A DNA stretch of 64,000 bases, taken from Candidatus Binatia bacterium (GTDB taxonomy: Bacteria; Desulfobacterota; Binatia; UBA1149; JAJCZL01). Where the stretch lies: the NCBI GenBank assembly GCA_028278325.1, contig JANQEO010000039.1:52255-116254 (forward strand), in the 5' to 3' direction. A program made the position numbers and the translations under genes. The notes beneath the pieces are model-generated. The model was not told the DNA's origin and ran no database searches. It saw only the letters and a program-made list of their open reading frames with translations. Of this stretch, positions 26,462 through 35,155 are shown one piece after another (positions within the stretch are counted from its first letter, which is position 1; every line of letters begins with the position of its first letter).

Positions 26462-27925
26462 TCACTCAGACAGCCCGAAGGCCTGATCGACCAGGTCGGT
26501 AGCGATCGATAGTGCACTGTCGCCCAGGCAGGTCGGCACTGGCGACATCTCGAAGTGACAGCCCAGCAAGCCCGTAGTGTCCTTGCATGCGTCAATCTGA
26601 GAGTCGGCCTTCGACTGGAACTTGCCGATGTCGGCAGCCACTGCCGTCGGGCAATCGACCGGGCTGACGGCCTGGATGTTGGACACCTCGCAGGTGCCGA
26701 GGCTCTTGTGGATGCCTTTGAGGGCCTTCTGTATGCCTTTGCTGAGCTTCTTCTGGCACTTGGCCGCGTCGACCGTGCCTGCCGTGTTGCCGGGAAGGTC
26801 GGGGGGCGCGGTGCCCAGACTGTCGATCAGCGCCTGGTTCATGGCCTCGTCCTGGCGGCAGATCAGGCAGTCTACGTACTCGCTCATCGTGTTGACGCTT
26901 ATGCTGTCACAAGACCCGCCGCAGGTTTCGGGGATTCCCAGCAGTGAAGGCGTGAGGAACAGGGCTTCGCACTTGCGGTCTTTCTCGCCGCCGATCTTGC
27001 TACGCAGCTTGGCCTCGGCCTTCAGCAGCTTCAGGTCACGCCTGCCCGTATCGCAGGCAACGCCCGTGACCTCGTCGACGTAGCAGCGCGACCACTCCTT
27101 GAAGTGAGTCTTGGAGTAGCGCCTGAAGTTCTTGTCCACGTCGCTCAAGCAGGCCTCGCGGTCCGCCGGCGGCCCCAAGACCTCGACGAGTCCCAGTCCG
27201 CTCACGGGGATGTCGATGTCGGGCTCGTCGGGATCGTCCGAGGACACGCGGAAAGTCCCGGACGCCAGGGTCAGTGCCGGAGGCGCGAACACGACATCTA
27301 CGGTTTCGCTGCCTCCCAGCGGAATGCTGAACGGCGGCGTCGGGCCGTTCGCCAGGCTAAACGTGGGGTCTGATCCCGGCAGGAGCTGGTAGTCGGTGAC
27401 CATGACGGGGTCGCTGCTGCCGTTGTTGCGAATCGTGACCGTCGTGGAGACGACCTCGCCGACGTCGGCCACGAATCCGATGGTTCCCGGCGACACGTCG
27501 ATATCCAAAGGCTCGAGGCAGGTCGGGACCAGAGGTGTGATGTAGGTGTCGTAGCCCAGCGGCGCTCCAACAGCGTCTTGGAAGTTGGAGCAGTCGTAGC
27601 CGGGCAGGGTCATGTAGGTCAGGATCTCGTCGACGTTGGTGAACCCGTCCGAGTCGCTATCGAATGTCTCGATGTCAGTGAGGGACTGGGTAATCGTCTT
27701 GCCGATGTAGAGCTGCTGCTCTACCGCCTGTCCGAAGAGGTTGCGGCCTCCGGTGCCGGTCCACAGGAAATGGCACACGCCGCAGGCGTGGAGGTCATCG
27801 CTTTCCTGGACCCCGTAAAGGGTAACGAAGTTGTCGAAGTAGCTGGGCCGGGCCTGGCTCGCGCTGGGAATTGCGAGAACGGCGAACAGGGCTATCGACG
27901 CCGATACGGTTGCTGCCTTGAGCAT
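26462..27925 (-). CDS. secreted monohaem c-type cytochrome-like protein with Ig-like (choice-of-anchor-D-like) domain and C-terminal Cys-framed helical domain
   Basis: I chose ATG 27925, 5 nt after the upstream stop, giving the signal peptide MLKAATVSASIALFAVLAIPSASQA. One CXXCH (ACGVCH). A Ca-loop-like DSDSDGFTNVDE. A beta-sandwich-like segment (..VSTTVTIRNNGSSDPVMV..DPDEPDIDIPVSGLG). The C-terminal ~232 aa are colinear with the C-terminus of the upstream cytochrome. Confidence 0.75.
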   Translation of the reverse strand: MLKAATVSASIALFAVLAIPSASQARPSYFDNFVTLYGVQESDDLHACGVCHFLWTGTGGRNLFGQAVEQQLYIGKTITQSLTDIETFDSDSDGFTNVDEILTYMTLPGYDCSNFQDAVGAPLGYDTYITPLVPTCLEPLDIDVSPGTIGFVADVGEVVSTTVTIRNNGSSDPVMVTDYQLLPGSDPTFSLANGPTPPFSIPLGGSETVDVVFAPPALTLASGTFRVSSDDPDEPDIDIPVSGLGLVEVLGPPADREACLSDVDKNFRRYSKTHFKEWSRCYVDEVTGVACDTGRRDLKLLKAEAKLRSKIGGEKDRKCEALFLTPSLLGIPETCGGSCDSISVNTMSEYVDCLICRQDEAMNQALIDSLGTAPPDLPGNTAGTVDAAKCQKKLSKGIQKALKGIHKSLGTCEVSNIQAVSPVDCPTAVAADIGKFQSKADSQIDACKDTTGLLGCHFEMSPVPTCLGDSALSIATDLVDQAFGLSE

Positions 27926-27930
27926 CGTTC

Positions 27931-30375
27931 TCACGGGTAGGCTACCTCCGTGAATACGGGCGCGGCCGCCCCGATGGCCGACTCGACGCAGGTCTGCACG
28001 TCCATGGCCGTGCCGGCGCCTCCGCAGCCTGCCAAGCCGGTGAAGTCGGTGCACTTCGATATCTTGTTAGAGGCCTTGGCCATCGCGTCCGCGATGTCTC
28101 CGTCCGGGTCTGTCGAGCAGTCCTCTGCCGGGTTGTTGGCGCCGGTGCGGTTGTCGTCCTCGCAGCTTGCCAGCGCCTTGGCCCAGGCGGCCGACAGTTT
28201 CACGGAAGCCTTGGCGATCAGCTTCTGACACTTTCCGGGATCGCCTGAGACCGTCGGCGGCAAGTCCGGAGGCTCGCTGCCGTAGGCGGCATCCAGAGTC
28301 TGGCCGGCGAGATGGTCGGCCGTGCATGCGGCGCAGTCGGCCAGGGAAGCGTTATCGAACAGTGTGATGTGGCTGCACGGTGCCGGGCATATCGAGGGCG
28401 CGGCGTCGCCATGGCCTATGGACATCGGCGTCAGATTCACTCCGGCGCACTTCTTGTCCTTGGCGCCGCCGACACGCTCGCGAAGCTTCTCAGCAGCTTT
28501 GGCCACACGCTCGTCGCGCCGGGTCTCGTCGCAGCTCAGACCTTTGGCCTCGCTCCCGAAGCACTTGGCCCACTCGCGCGCATATTTCTTTTGATAGCGG
28601 GCCTGGTTCTTGGAGACGCTCTTGTGGCAACGGTTCACGACGTCGGTGTCGGTCTCCAGGAAGCCGTAGGCCATTACGACGGGCTCAGACTTGCCGTGGT
28701 CGTTCCACAGGTCGAACAGGATGTTGCCGGATGCCGTGGTTACGTCCGTGTCACGCAAGAACTCGATGTATTCCTTGGATGCGGTCTGGTAGTAGAGCGT
28801 CGCCTCGGCCTGCACCGCGTCGACTCCGACGGGATAGACCACATCGTCCCAGTACTGACCGTCCAGGAAGGTCACGCCTACCGGGTCGCCGTCGAAAGCG
28901 TCGAAGGCGGCGTTGGTGAATCCGCGCGGCGGAATCCGGTTGTCGAACTCAATCGTGTCGTTGAGAACGAGGTGGAAGCTCGGTCCGGGATTCAGGCCCA
29001 AGGTCATCGCCCAGCCGGGGCTCAGCCCGTGGATGGTTTCCCACACGTAGAGATAGGGATCGTAGTCGGGGTCCATCGGCAGAGCTTCGTATCCCAGCAG
29101 GTCGGCGGTAGAGAACACGTAGCGGCCGGACTCGAAGATGACGTTACGGTCGGCGTCGAAGGCGCGCACATGAAGCCACATGCGCCGTCCTTCGGGGTAA
29201 CCCGTCGGCAGCTTGTGACCGGTCTCGTTCCTCACCGTCACCGTGAGATCGCCGGCGTTGAGAGACATCGACATCGTCGCGGCCTTACGCAGGTTGCGTA
29301 TGGCTACTTCTACCGAGTCGGCCATCACGTCGGCGTCGACCTCGGACCCGAAGGCCGGGTGGTGGGGCAACACCGTCGGTATGAAAGTGTTGGCGCCCTC
29401 GAAGGTGTGAAGCGGAACATCGTCGCGGGTCAGTCCCGTGTTCGCATCCTTACCCGACACGTCGGGCATGTGGCAGTCCTGGCAGGTCGAGACGGTATCT
29501 TTGTTACGCCCGAACTGCGGTGCAATGACGCCGGTGGTGGCGTACTCGCTCGCAGCCCATTCGTCGTAGGTGACCTGCTCGGGGAAGCCGAGTGTCGGAT
29601 CTCCCGGGGTGTCCAGGGGATTAGGCACGTAGTTGCCCATGGCGTCGCGCGTGAACACTGGGTTCCTGAGGTTGTGACAGGTCCCGCACATGTCGGAGCT
29701 TTCGTGGAATGGAGAAATGATCGTCGTGCGGTCGGGTATGTGCGGGTCGCTGCCCAGATCGCCGATGATGTCGAAGGGGCCGCGCATTCGCGCTTCGGGA
29801 TCCACCACCATCATGGCGTTGCCGAAGGCGGGGACCGGATCGGCCAGCGCAGCCAAGATTGCGGCATCCTCGGTAGGGTTCTCGGGATCGGCGAAAGGAT
29901 CGACCATGCGATGGCAGACGGAGCACTGCACCCCCTCACGGTCGTCGGCCGTCATTGCAGTGCCGTCTTCGGGTGTAGAGCGCCCTTCGAGCCAGCCCTT
30001 GGGCATGTGGCAGCGCAGGCAGGTCTCACCCGAATCGACCGCGTCCTGGTTCGCAACCGCCAGTGCCGCTCTCCACAGAGGGTCACGGCCGGCCTGGGCC
30101 ATCATCGATCCCGACCAGTTCAAGAAAGGCTCGACCTCGGGTTGGCCGTATCCGGAATGGCAGGGCGTGCAGTCCGAGGGAGGCCCAAAGTTGTCGATTA
30201 TCGAAAGCGGCTGAGTCCCGGGTGCTTCGAAGTCGTTGCGTGTGGTGGCCACGGGGAGCGACCATGCCGGCACCGCGGTTAAAGCCGCAAAGGCGAGCGC
30301 AAGAACGGCCGGCACGAACCGTGCCGACCGTCTTGTATTGCTTCCCCCCCTTGTAACCACCTCGGCTGACCTCAC
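27931..30375 (-). CDS. secreted pentahaem c-type cytochrome with C-terminal Cys-framed helical domain
   Basis: GTG start with GGAGGAG upstream, followed by a signal peptide. Five CXXCH motifs: CTPCH, CLRCH, CSVCH, CGTCH and CQDCH. A GHKLPTGYPEGRRMW block follows. The C-terminal ~236 aa (27934..28641) are homologous to the C-terminus of the downstream gene product. Confidence 0.85.
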   Translation of the reverse strand: MRSAEVVTRGGSNTRRSARFVPAVLALAFAALTAVPAWSLPVATTRNDFEAPGTQPLSIIDNFGPPSDCTPCHSGYGQPEVEPFLNWSGSMMAQAGRDPLWRAALAVANQDAVDSGETCLRCHMPKGWLEGRSTPEDGTAMTADDREGVQCSVCHRMVDPFADPENPTEDAAILAALADPVPAFGNAMMVVDPEARMRGPFDIIGDLGSDPHIPDRTTIISPFHESSDMCGTCHNLRNPVFTRDAMGNYVPNPLDTPGDPTLGFPEQVTYDEWAASEYATTGVIAPQFGRNKDTVSTCQDCHMPDVSGKDANTGLTRDDVPLHTFEGANTFIPTVLPHHPAFGSEVDADVMADSVEVAIRNLRKAATMSMSLNAGDLTVTVRNETGHKLPTGYPEGRRMWLHVRAFDADRNVIFESGRYVFSTADLLGYEALPMDPDYDPYLYVWETIHGLSPGWAMTLGLNPGPSFHLVLNDTIEFDNRIPPRGFTNAAFDAFDGDPVGVTFLDGQYWDDVVYPVGVDAVQAEATLYYQTASKEYIEFLRDTDVTTASGNILFDLWNDHGKSEPVVMAYGFLETDTDVVNRCHKSVSKNQARYQKKYAREWAKCFGSEAKGLSCDETRRDERVAKAAEKLRERVGGAKDKKCAGVNLTPMSIGHGDAAPSICPAPCSHITLFDNASLADCAACTADHLAGQTLDAAYGSEPPDLPPTVSGDPGKCQKLIAKASVKLSAAWAKALASCEDDNRTGANNPAEDCSTDPDGDIADAMAKASNKISKCTDFTGLAGCGGAGTAMDVQTCVESAIGAAAPVFTEVAYP

Positions 30376-30395
30376 GCCCGGGTGTTCTCCTCCGC

Positions 30396-32285
30396 TTACG
30401 GCGTGCAGTCGTTCGGCGAGAAGAAGAACTGCCCGGCTCCTCCGCCGGCAGCGTTGGCCGTGAAGCAGTTGTTGTGGTTGCCGCCGACCTCGTCGCCGAG
30501 TCCGTGGAACATCGTCGCCCCGAACGGCGCCGGAGACTGCGGGATTCCGCCGTTCTGGTTGAAGTTGTTGCTGCGCACCGTATTGCCCTCGGCGGTTTGG
30601 TCAGGGCTCGTCGGATCGAAGGGCAACGGCATGCCGCCAACCAGCACGTTGATGACCACCTGATCCAACAGTGCGAACCCGAACGTTTCGTTGAAGGTCG
30701 ACAGGTTGTGGTGGATGTCGGAGTTGTCGACCGACAGGATGATCATGCCGGTTCCGCCCGGGATCAACCCTACGGTTCCGGAACCGATGTTCACCGCGTT
30801 GTTGCTGATGTTCACGTTGCTGAACACCTCGTGATCGCTGCCGAGTTGTAGCGGCGGTCCGGGCAGCTTGAACACCAGCACGCCGCCGGAGTTACCAGTC
30901 GCGTAGTTGTTGTGTGTCCGAGAGTACTGAGAGTTCTCGACCTCGATGCCGGCAACGTTGTTCTCGACCACGTTGAAGCGAACCTCGATGTTGGTCGATT
31001 GGCCGACATAGATGCCCGCGTCGATGATCTCCTTGACGTAACTGGTCTCGATGAGAACGTCGTCGCTGGTGACGGGGAAGACGGCATATACCGTCTTGAA
31101 GTTATCGCCGTCACCGACGATATCCCTGAAGGAGACACCCTGGGCGCCGCTCACGAAGATTCCGTTCTCCTCCCAGCTGAACACTTCCAGGCTCTGGAAG
31201 TGCAGGCCATCGACGTTGGCTGCGAAGATGCCGTTGATGTCTGTTCCGCCGCCGTCAGGGATGACGCGGGGCCGGTCGTCTACATGGGCGCCGCAACCGA
31301 CCAGGGAAAGGTTGTCGGTCGTGATCGTAATCTCCTCAGCATAGTTGCCGGAGGCGATGAGGAGCTTGTCCCCGTCCAGGGCCGCGCCCACGGCAGCTCC
31401 GATGGCGCCGGCACCGGGGGTGACCAGCGTGGCCGCCGGCTCGGCATACTGACTCTCGAGTATCTCGTACATATAGGACCAGATCCCGTCGAGTCCGGCC
31501 AGGCTCAGGCAATCCTTGACGTCCTGCAACGTCTCCGCGTCAGGACACGCGAACATGTCGGCGATCGTTCCTATGGGACCCTCGGCCCCCGCCACGTCGC
31601 ACTTCTTGTCGATGCCTTCTCCAGCCTTATCGATGAGCTTGTCGATCTTGGCGTTTGTCTTGGTATCTGTCGGCAGCGTGTAAGTTCCGCCGGAGTGGGT
31701 GCCGACGCACAGAGGCGCGAGATCGCCGGCGACGCCGTCCTTCATGGCCTTGTCGATGCACTTGCTCATCAGCTTGAGGCCCTTGGAGACGACCTTGTTG
31801 CCCTGCTTGTCCAGTTCCTTGGCGCAGTCGGTGCGGGCTTTCGTGTCACGCGGTGTTCCGCCGATACCGTCGATGATCCCGATGAGAACATCGGCGCTGG
31901 CGTCGACCTGGCTCAGAGCGCAGCTCGATATCGCTGTCTCATCCGTCAAGGTCGAGTAAAAACCCGACAGTGCCGCCTGGGCGGCATCGTCCGAGCAGTC
32001 CGAGTTGATCTTGTCGACGGCCTTCATGCGGGCCTTGTCGATCTTCTGTGTATCTTTCTGCTCGGGGCACAGTCCGGGAACGGCCTGCTGGAGGCATTTG
32101 CCCATCGCCTTCATCTTTTTCTTGACATAGAGGTTGGTCATCTTGGTGATGGTCTTCTGACACTTGAGTGCGTCAGGGCCGGCCGAGTTGATGACCGGAG
32201 GCGAGTCGGGCCCCGTGATCGGCTGGGCCAGCGCGGTGCCGGCTGTCAATACGATTGCGGCGCTAATAGCGGCAAGTAATCTCAT
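30396..32285 (-). CDS. secreted protein: N-terminal Cys-framed Lys-rich helical domain + right-handed parallel beta-helix domain
   Basis: GAGGGGGA RBS and signal peptide MRLLAAISAAIVLTAGTALA. Residues ~38-262 contain KCQKTITKMTNLYVKKKMKAMGKC and DCAKELDKQGNKVVSKGLKLMSKC. The C-terminal half has repeated beta-helix rungs (NNVAGIEVENS, NNYATGNSGGVLV, ISNNAVN..). Confidence 0.8.
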   Translation of the reverse strand: MRLLAAISAAIVLTAGTALAQPITGPDSPPVINSAGPDALKCQKTITKMTNLYVKKKMKAMGKCLQQAVPGLCPEQKDTQKIDKARMKAVDKINSDCSDDAAQAALSGFYSTLTDETAISSCALSQVDASADVLIGIIDGIGGTPRDTKARTDCAKELDKQGNKVVSKGLKLMSKCIDKAMKDGVAGDLAPLCVGTHSGGTYTLPTDTKTNAKIDKLIDKAGEGIDKKCDVAGAEGPIGTIADMFACPDAETLQDVKDCLSLAGLDGIWSYMYEILESQYAEPAATLVTPGAGAIGAAVGAALDGDKLLIASGNYAEEITITTDNLSLVGCGAHVDDRPRVIPDGGGTDINGIFAANVDGLHFQSLEVFSWEENGIFVSGAQGVSFRDIVGDGDNFKTVYAVFPVTSDDVLIETSYVKEIIDAGIYVGQSTNIEVRFNVVENNVAGIEVENSQYSRTHNNYATGNSGGVLVFKLPGPPLQLGSDHEVFSNVNISNNAVNIGSGTVGLIPGGTGMIILSVDNSDIHHNLSTFNETFGFALLDQVVINVLVGGMPLPFDPTSPDQTAEGNTVRSNNFNQNGGIPQSPAPFGATMFHGLGDEVGGNHNNCFTANAAGGGAGQFFFSPNDCTP

Positions 32286-32540
32286 CGAATCCCCCTCTCT
32301 GTGGGTTGGATAGTATTTGGCGGCCTTGCGGGAGCCAGAACGTGAGATTCACATCGGGGTTGTCCCTATGTCAACTGACTTTATCCCCCATTAGGGTAGG
32401 CTGTATTGGATTCGCAAAGACCTGTGCGCAAGTCGGGTGAGCCTTCGCGGGATGCAGCCCGTCATGCAGGCCAGTGGGCGGCAGTTGCCTGCATCTGCTG
32501 ACCGTCAAAGTCACATCCCAGGTCGCGCGAAATCTGGTCG

Positions 32541-32996
32541 ATGAAGGCACTGGTCCAGCGTGTTTCCGCGGCTTCGGTAACGGTTTCGGGACAGACAGTT
32601 TCGACGATCGGGCCGGGCTTGTGCGTGTTCGTCGGCGTTGGCACCCACGATGGCGAGGCCGACGCGGCCCTGCTCGCCGATCGCATCGCCTGCTCGAGAA
32701 TCTTTGGGGACGATGACGCAAAGATGAACCTGGCTATCACCACAACGGGGGGGTCCGTGTTGTTGGTGTCGCAGTTCACGCTTATGGCTGACACCAGGCG
32801 TGGCAGACGGCCCTCTTTCGTCGCGGCCGCACGCCCCGAAACTGCCGAGCCTTTGATCCAGAAAGTAGTCGACCATCTTCGTGCTCGAGGGCTAACCGTC
32901 GAGACGGGGCGCTTCGGAGAGCACATGGACATCGACATACAAGCCGACGGTCCGGTCACCATCCTGCTCGACACGAAGGAGTCGCGCAGTGGCTAA
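32541..32996 (+). CDS. dtd: D-aminoacyl-tRNA deacylase
   Basis: MKALVQRVSAASVTV.., SQFTLMADTRRGRRPSF and ADGPVTILLD are canonical Dtd motifs. Confidence 0.95.
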   Translation: MKALVQRVSAASVTVSGQTVSTIGPGLCVFVGVGTHDGEADAALLADRIACSRIFGDDDAKMNLAITTTGGSVLLVSQFTLMADTRRGRRPSFVAAARPETAEPLIQKVVDHLRARGLTVETGRFGEHMDIDIQADGPVTILLDTKESRSG

Positions 32997-33462
32997 GGCC
33001 GGCTTTTGGGCCATAGGGGGCGCCGAGATTTCATTTCGCGCCGACGGCTACTGGTACGCCGACGAGGAGCGCATCGAGAACCGCAAGATCGCGGCGCTGT
33101 TCTCCAAGCACGTACGACGCAACGTCAGTGACGGCGAGTGGGTCATCGATATCGGCATCGACCGTCAACCCTGCAAAGTCGAAGATACGCCCCTGGCTAT
33201 CGTCTCAGTCGACGGCGATCCCGACTCGGGCTTCACGATAACCGCCAGCGATGAGGTGAGTGAGGCCTTGCCTATGTCCACTCTGCGCATAGGAGACGGC
33301 AACGTTCTCTACTGCACCGTCGACCGTGGAGAGCGCGGTATGCTCGACGCGCGTTTCTTGCGTACCGCTTACTATCATCTAGCTACACACATTTCGCAGA
33401 GCGGAAGCGGCCCGGTGCTGAAATGCGGTCCTAAAGTCATCCAACTTAGAGCCCGCCGATGA
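32989..33462 (+). CDS. DUF1285 family protein
   Basis: The GTG start overlaps the dtd stop by 8 nt. ISFRADGYWYADEERIENRKIAALFSKHV...KVEDTPLAIV...ARFLRTAYYHL matches my memory of the DUF1285 pattern. Confidence 0.6.
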   Translation: MAKAGFWAIGGAEISFRADGYWYADEERIENRKIAALFSKHVRRNVSDGEWVIDIGIDRQPCKVEDTPLAIVSVDGDPDSGFTITASDEVSEALPMSTLRIGDGNVLYCTVDRGERGMLDARFLRTAYYHLATHISQSGSGPVLKCGPKVIQLRARR

Positions 33463-33498
33463 GTCTTGGCCGCCCCAAGTTGTGCCTAGAGAGAGGGG

Positions 33499-33533
33499 CT
33501 CTGCCGAGGCCTCGGAGGGAGACCTCGGCAGAG
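33499..33533. other. GC-rich stem-loop with alternative pairings in a convergent intergenic region
   Basis: CTCTGCCGAGG (33499-33509) pairs with CCTCGGCAGAG (33523-33533). The loop begins with a second CCTCGG, which forms the perfect palindrome CCGAGGCCTCGG with the left arm. There is no U-tract. Confidence 0.4.
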
Positions 33534-33581
33534 CGTCGCCTCTTCCATCCTTACAGCTGGTAACCAATCCGCATTGGTCGT

Positions 33582-34388
33582 CTACGGCAATTGGAACGGT
33601 GCTTCAGGTGTCGGGCAGTTGGTAGCGTCGTCGCAGAGGTTGTCTTCAATCGTAACGTCTGCGCTGGTGCAGTCGTCTATCGGCGTCACCACGGAACTAT
33701 CGACGATGTTGGCCAAAAGGCGCACGTGATCGTCGGGAGCGCAGGTGGTCCCAAGGCAGTCGATTCCAGATGCTTCGTCTCGGATATAGTTGTTCTCGAC
33801 CTTCGGCCCGCTACCGCTATCAGTCCCGCACACTACGATTCCTCTGCCTGTGAAGCCGTCGGTCGTTCCGTCGATGAAGTTGTCACGGACGAAGGACGTA
33901 CTCGTGGTCAGCGCGGTACTGGTGAACTGTATAGCATCGCCTCCGGCGTTGATGATGACATTCCCGTGCACCTTCTTTGTATGAGAACTCCCTCCTATTG
34001 CCACGTCGGTCGTCCCGTCGATCAACATGTTCTTGACCTCCGCAGCATCGTCAGCTCCATGTGTGAACGGGCCGTCAATCGTTCCGCCTTGAAGAACGCT
34101 GCCCGAGTCAAAGGCTCTTACGGCTCTGCCGCAGGCGGAGTCGGAACACTCGATCGTGGCCCCGTTAAGGTCTAGGTTCCGTCCGTCATGCATCTCGACG
34201 CAGGTTGAACTCGAGTCGGTCGTCAGGACGTCATTTGGGCTCAGGGTGCGATTCCCGGTCGTCGCGTCGACGACAAAGGGTGAAGAAGAACAATCGGTTA
34301 TAGCTGCGGCGAGGGGGTTGCTACTGCCGAGGGTTGCGAGAACACTGGCAACGACAACAACTGCGATCCGTTTGCTTTCGATTCTCAT
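33582..34388 (-). CDS. small secreted parallel beta-helix-like protein
   Basis: GGGAGG RBS, a signal peptide, and short Gly/Asp/Thr-rich rungs (IDGTTDVAIGG, VIINAGGDAIQF, NFIDGTTDGFTGRGIVV, ENNYIRD). No catalytic assignment is possible. Confidence 0.6.
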   Translation of the reverse strand: MRIESKRIAVVVVASVLATLGSSNPLAAAITDCSSSPFVVDATTGNRTLSPNDVLTTDSSSTCVEMHDGRNLDLNGATIECSDSACGRAVRAFDSGSVLQGGTIDGPFTHGADDAAEVKNMLIDGTTDVAIGGSSHTKKVHGNVIINAGGDAIQFTSTALTTSTSFVRDNFIDGTTDGFTGRGIVVCGTDSGSGPKVENNYIRDEASGIDCLGTTCAPDDHVRLLANIVDSSVVTPIDDCTSADVTIEDNLCDDATNCPTPEAPFQLP

Positions 34389-34639
34389 GTGCTTACCTCC
34401 CTTCTACGTAAGCAAGTCGATTTGGTCGTTTAGACCATGACGCTGCGAGGGCCAGCATCTTCCGGTTAGCGCGGCACGATACAGGCCATGCGCGAAGAAC
34501 GTCTGTTGCGTCACGTGTCTCGATCTCTTATACGACGCGGACCTTCCGTCGGATGACCGGAAATCGTGCTCGGGGACACCTCCCCGCCGCTGGATACAGG
34601 CCGGCGTCGCATCGCGGATGCTGGTCCGGGAAACTGTGA

Positions 34640-35089
34640 ATGCGGATAGCGCTCCTAGAACCCGAGATTCCTCAGAATACCGGCAGCATTGCGAGACTGG
34701 CCGCGGCGACGCGAACGTCTCTGGACTTGATCGGACCACTCGGATTCTCACTCGAGGACCGCTATCTCAAGCGTGCCGGTCTGGACTACTGGCCCCTGGT
34801 CGACCTGACCGTCTACGAAAACTGGGACGAGTACAGCCGGGCTTCGCACGGCGGCCGGCTGATCGCGTTCTCGGCGCGCGCGACGACTCCCTATACCCGA
34901 CACGCTTTCTCGGGCGATGACCGCCTGCTCTTCGGAAAGGAAACCAAGGGGCTGGACAGCGCAGCACTGGCCCAAGCCGGCGAGGATGTTTTCACGATTC
35001 CCATCGACGAGCCCGGTGTGCGCAGTCTCAACCTGGCCAACGCCGTTTCCATCGTAGTCTACGAAGCCCGGCGCCAGCTCGGGCTCTAG
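34640..35089 (+). CDS. trmL: tRNA (cytidine/uridine-2'-O-)-methyltransferase TrmL (SpoU family)
   Basis: MRIALLEPEIPQNTGSIARLAAAT.., LLFGKETKGL and SLNLANAVSIVVYEARRQ are canonical TrmL motifs. Confidence 0.9.
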   Translation: MRIALLEPEIPQNTGSIARLAAATRTSLDLIGPLGFSLEDRYLKRAGLDYWPLVDLTVYENWDEYSRASHGGRLIAFSARATTPYTRHAFSGDDRLLFGKETKGLDSAALAQAGEDVFTIPIDEPGVRSLNLANAVSIVVYEARRQLGL

Positions 35090-35090
35090 G

Positions 35091-35129
35091 AAAGAAAAGG
35101 GGGAGCCGCTTGATGCGGCTCCCCCTTTT
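35091..35129. terminator. bidirectional intrinsic terminator between trmL and the convergent esterase gene
   Basis: AAAGAAAA-GGGGGAGCCGC-TTGAT-GCGGCTCCCCC-TTTT. This is a perfect 11-bp GC stem with a 5-nt loop, an A-tract upstream and a T-tract downstream. Confidence 0.8.
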
Positions 35130-35155
35130 CGAGAGTCAGGTCCTGACGGTACCTG

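Noticed and set aside
28312-30282. 656-aa ORF on the plus strand opposite the pentahaem cytochrome gene. Similar long antisense or out-of-frame ORFs occur at 30912..32279, 14658..15578, 39907..40947, 36167..37135, 37867..38772, 46807..48015, 20513..21115 and 54071..54901.
   Set aside because: These are typical high-GC shadow ORFs. Their products are Arg/Gly/Ala/Val-rich with no motifs. The opposite frame carries clear domain signatures (CXXCH, Walker motifs and so on) and GC-rich third positions.
30280-30375. Twin-arginine (Tat) signal in the pentahaem cytochrome N-terminus (..NTRRSARFV..).
   Set aside because: c-type cytochromes receive haem after Sec export. The RR context does not fit (S/T)RRxFLK well. 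I treat it as a Sec signal with a basic n-region.
33463-34640. Possible horizontally acquired islet around the small beta-helix gene, because sampled 60-nt stretches are ~55-58% GC versus >60% elsewhere.
   Set aside because: The difference is small and based on a few hand-counted stretches. There are no flanking repeats, tRNA or integrase, so this is not robust without a proper sliding-window or codon-usage analysis.
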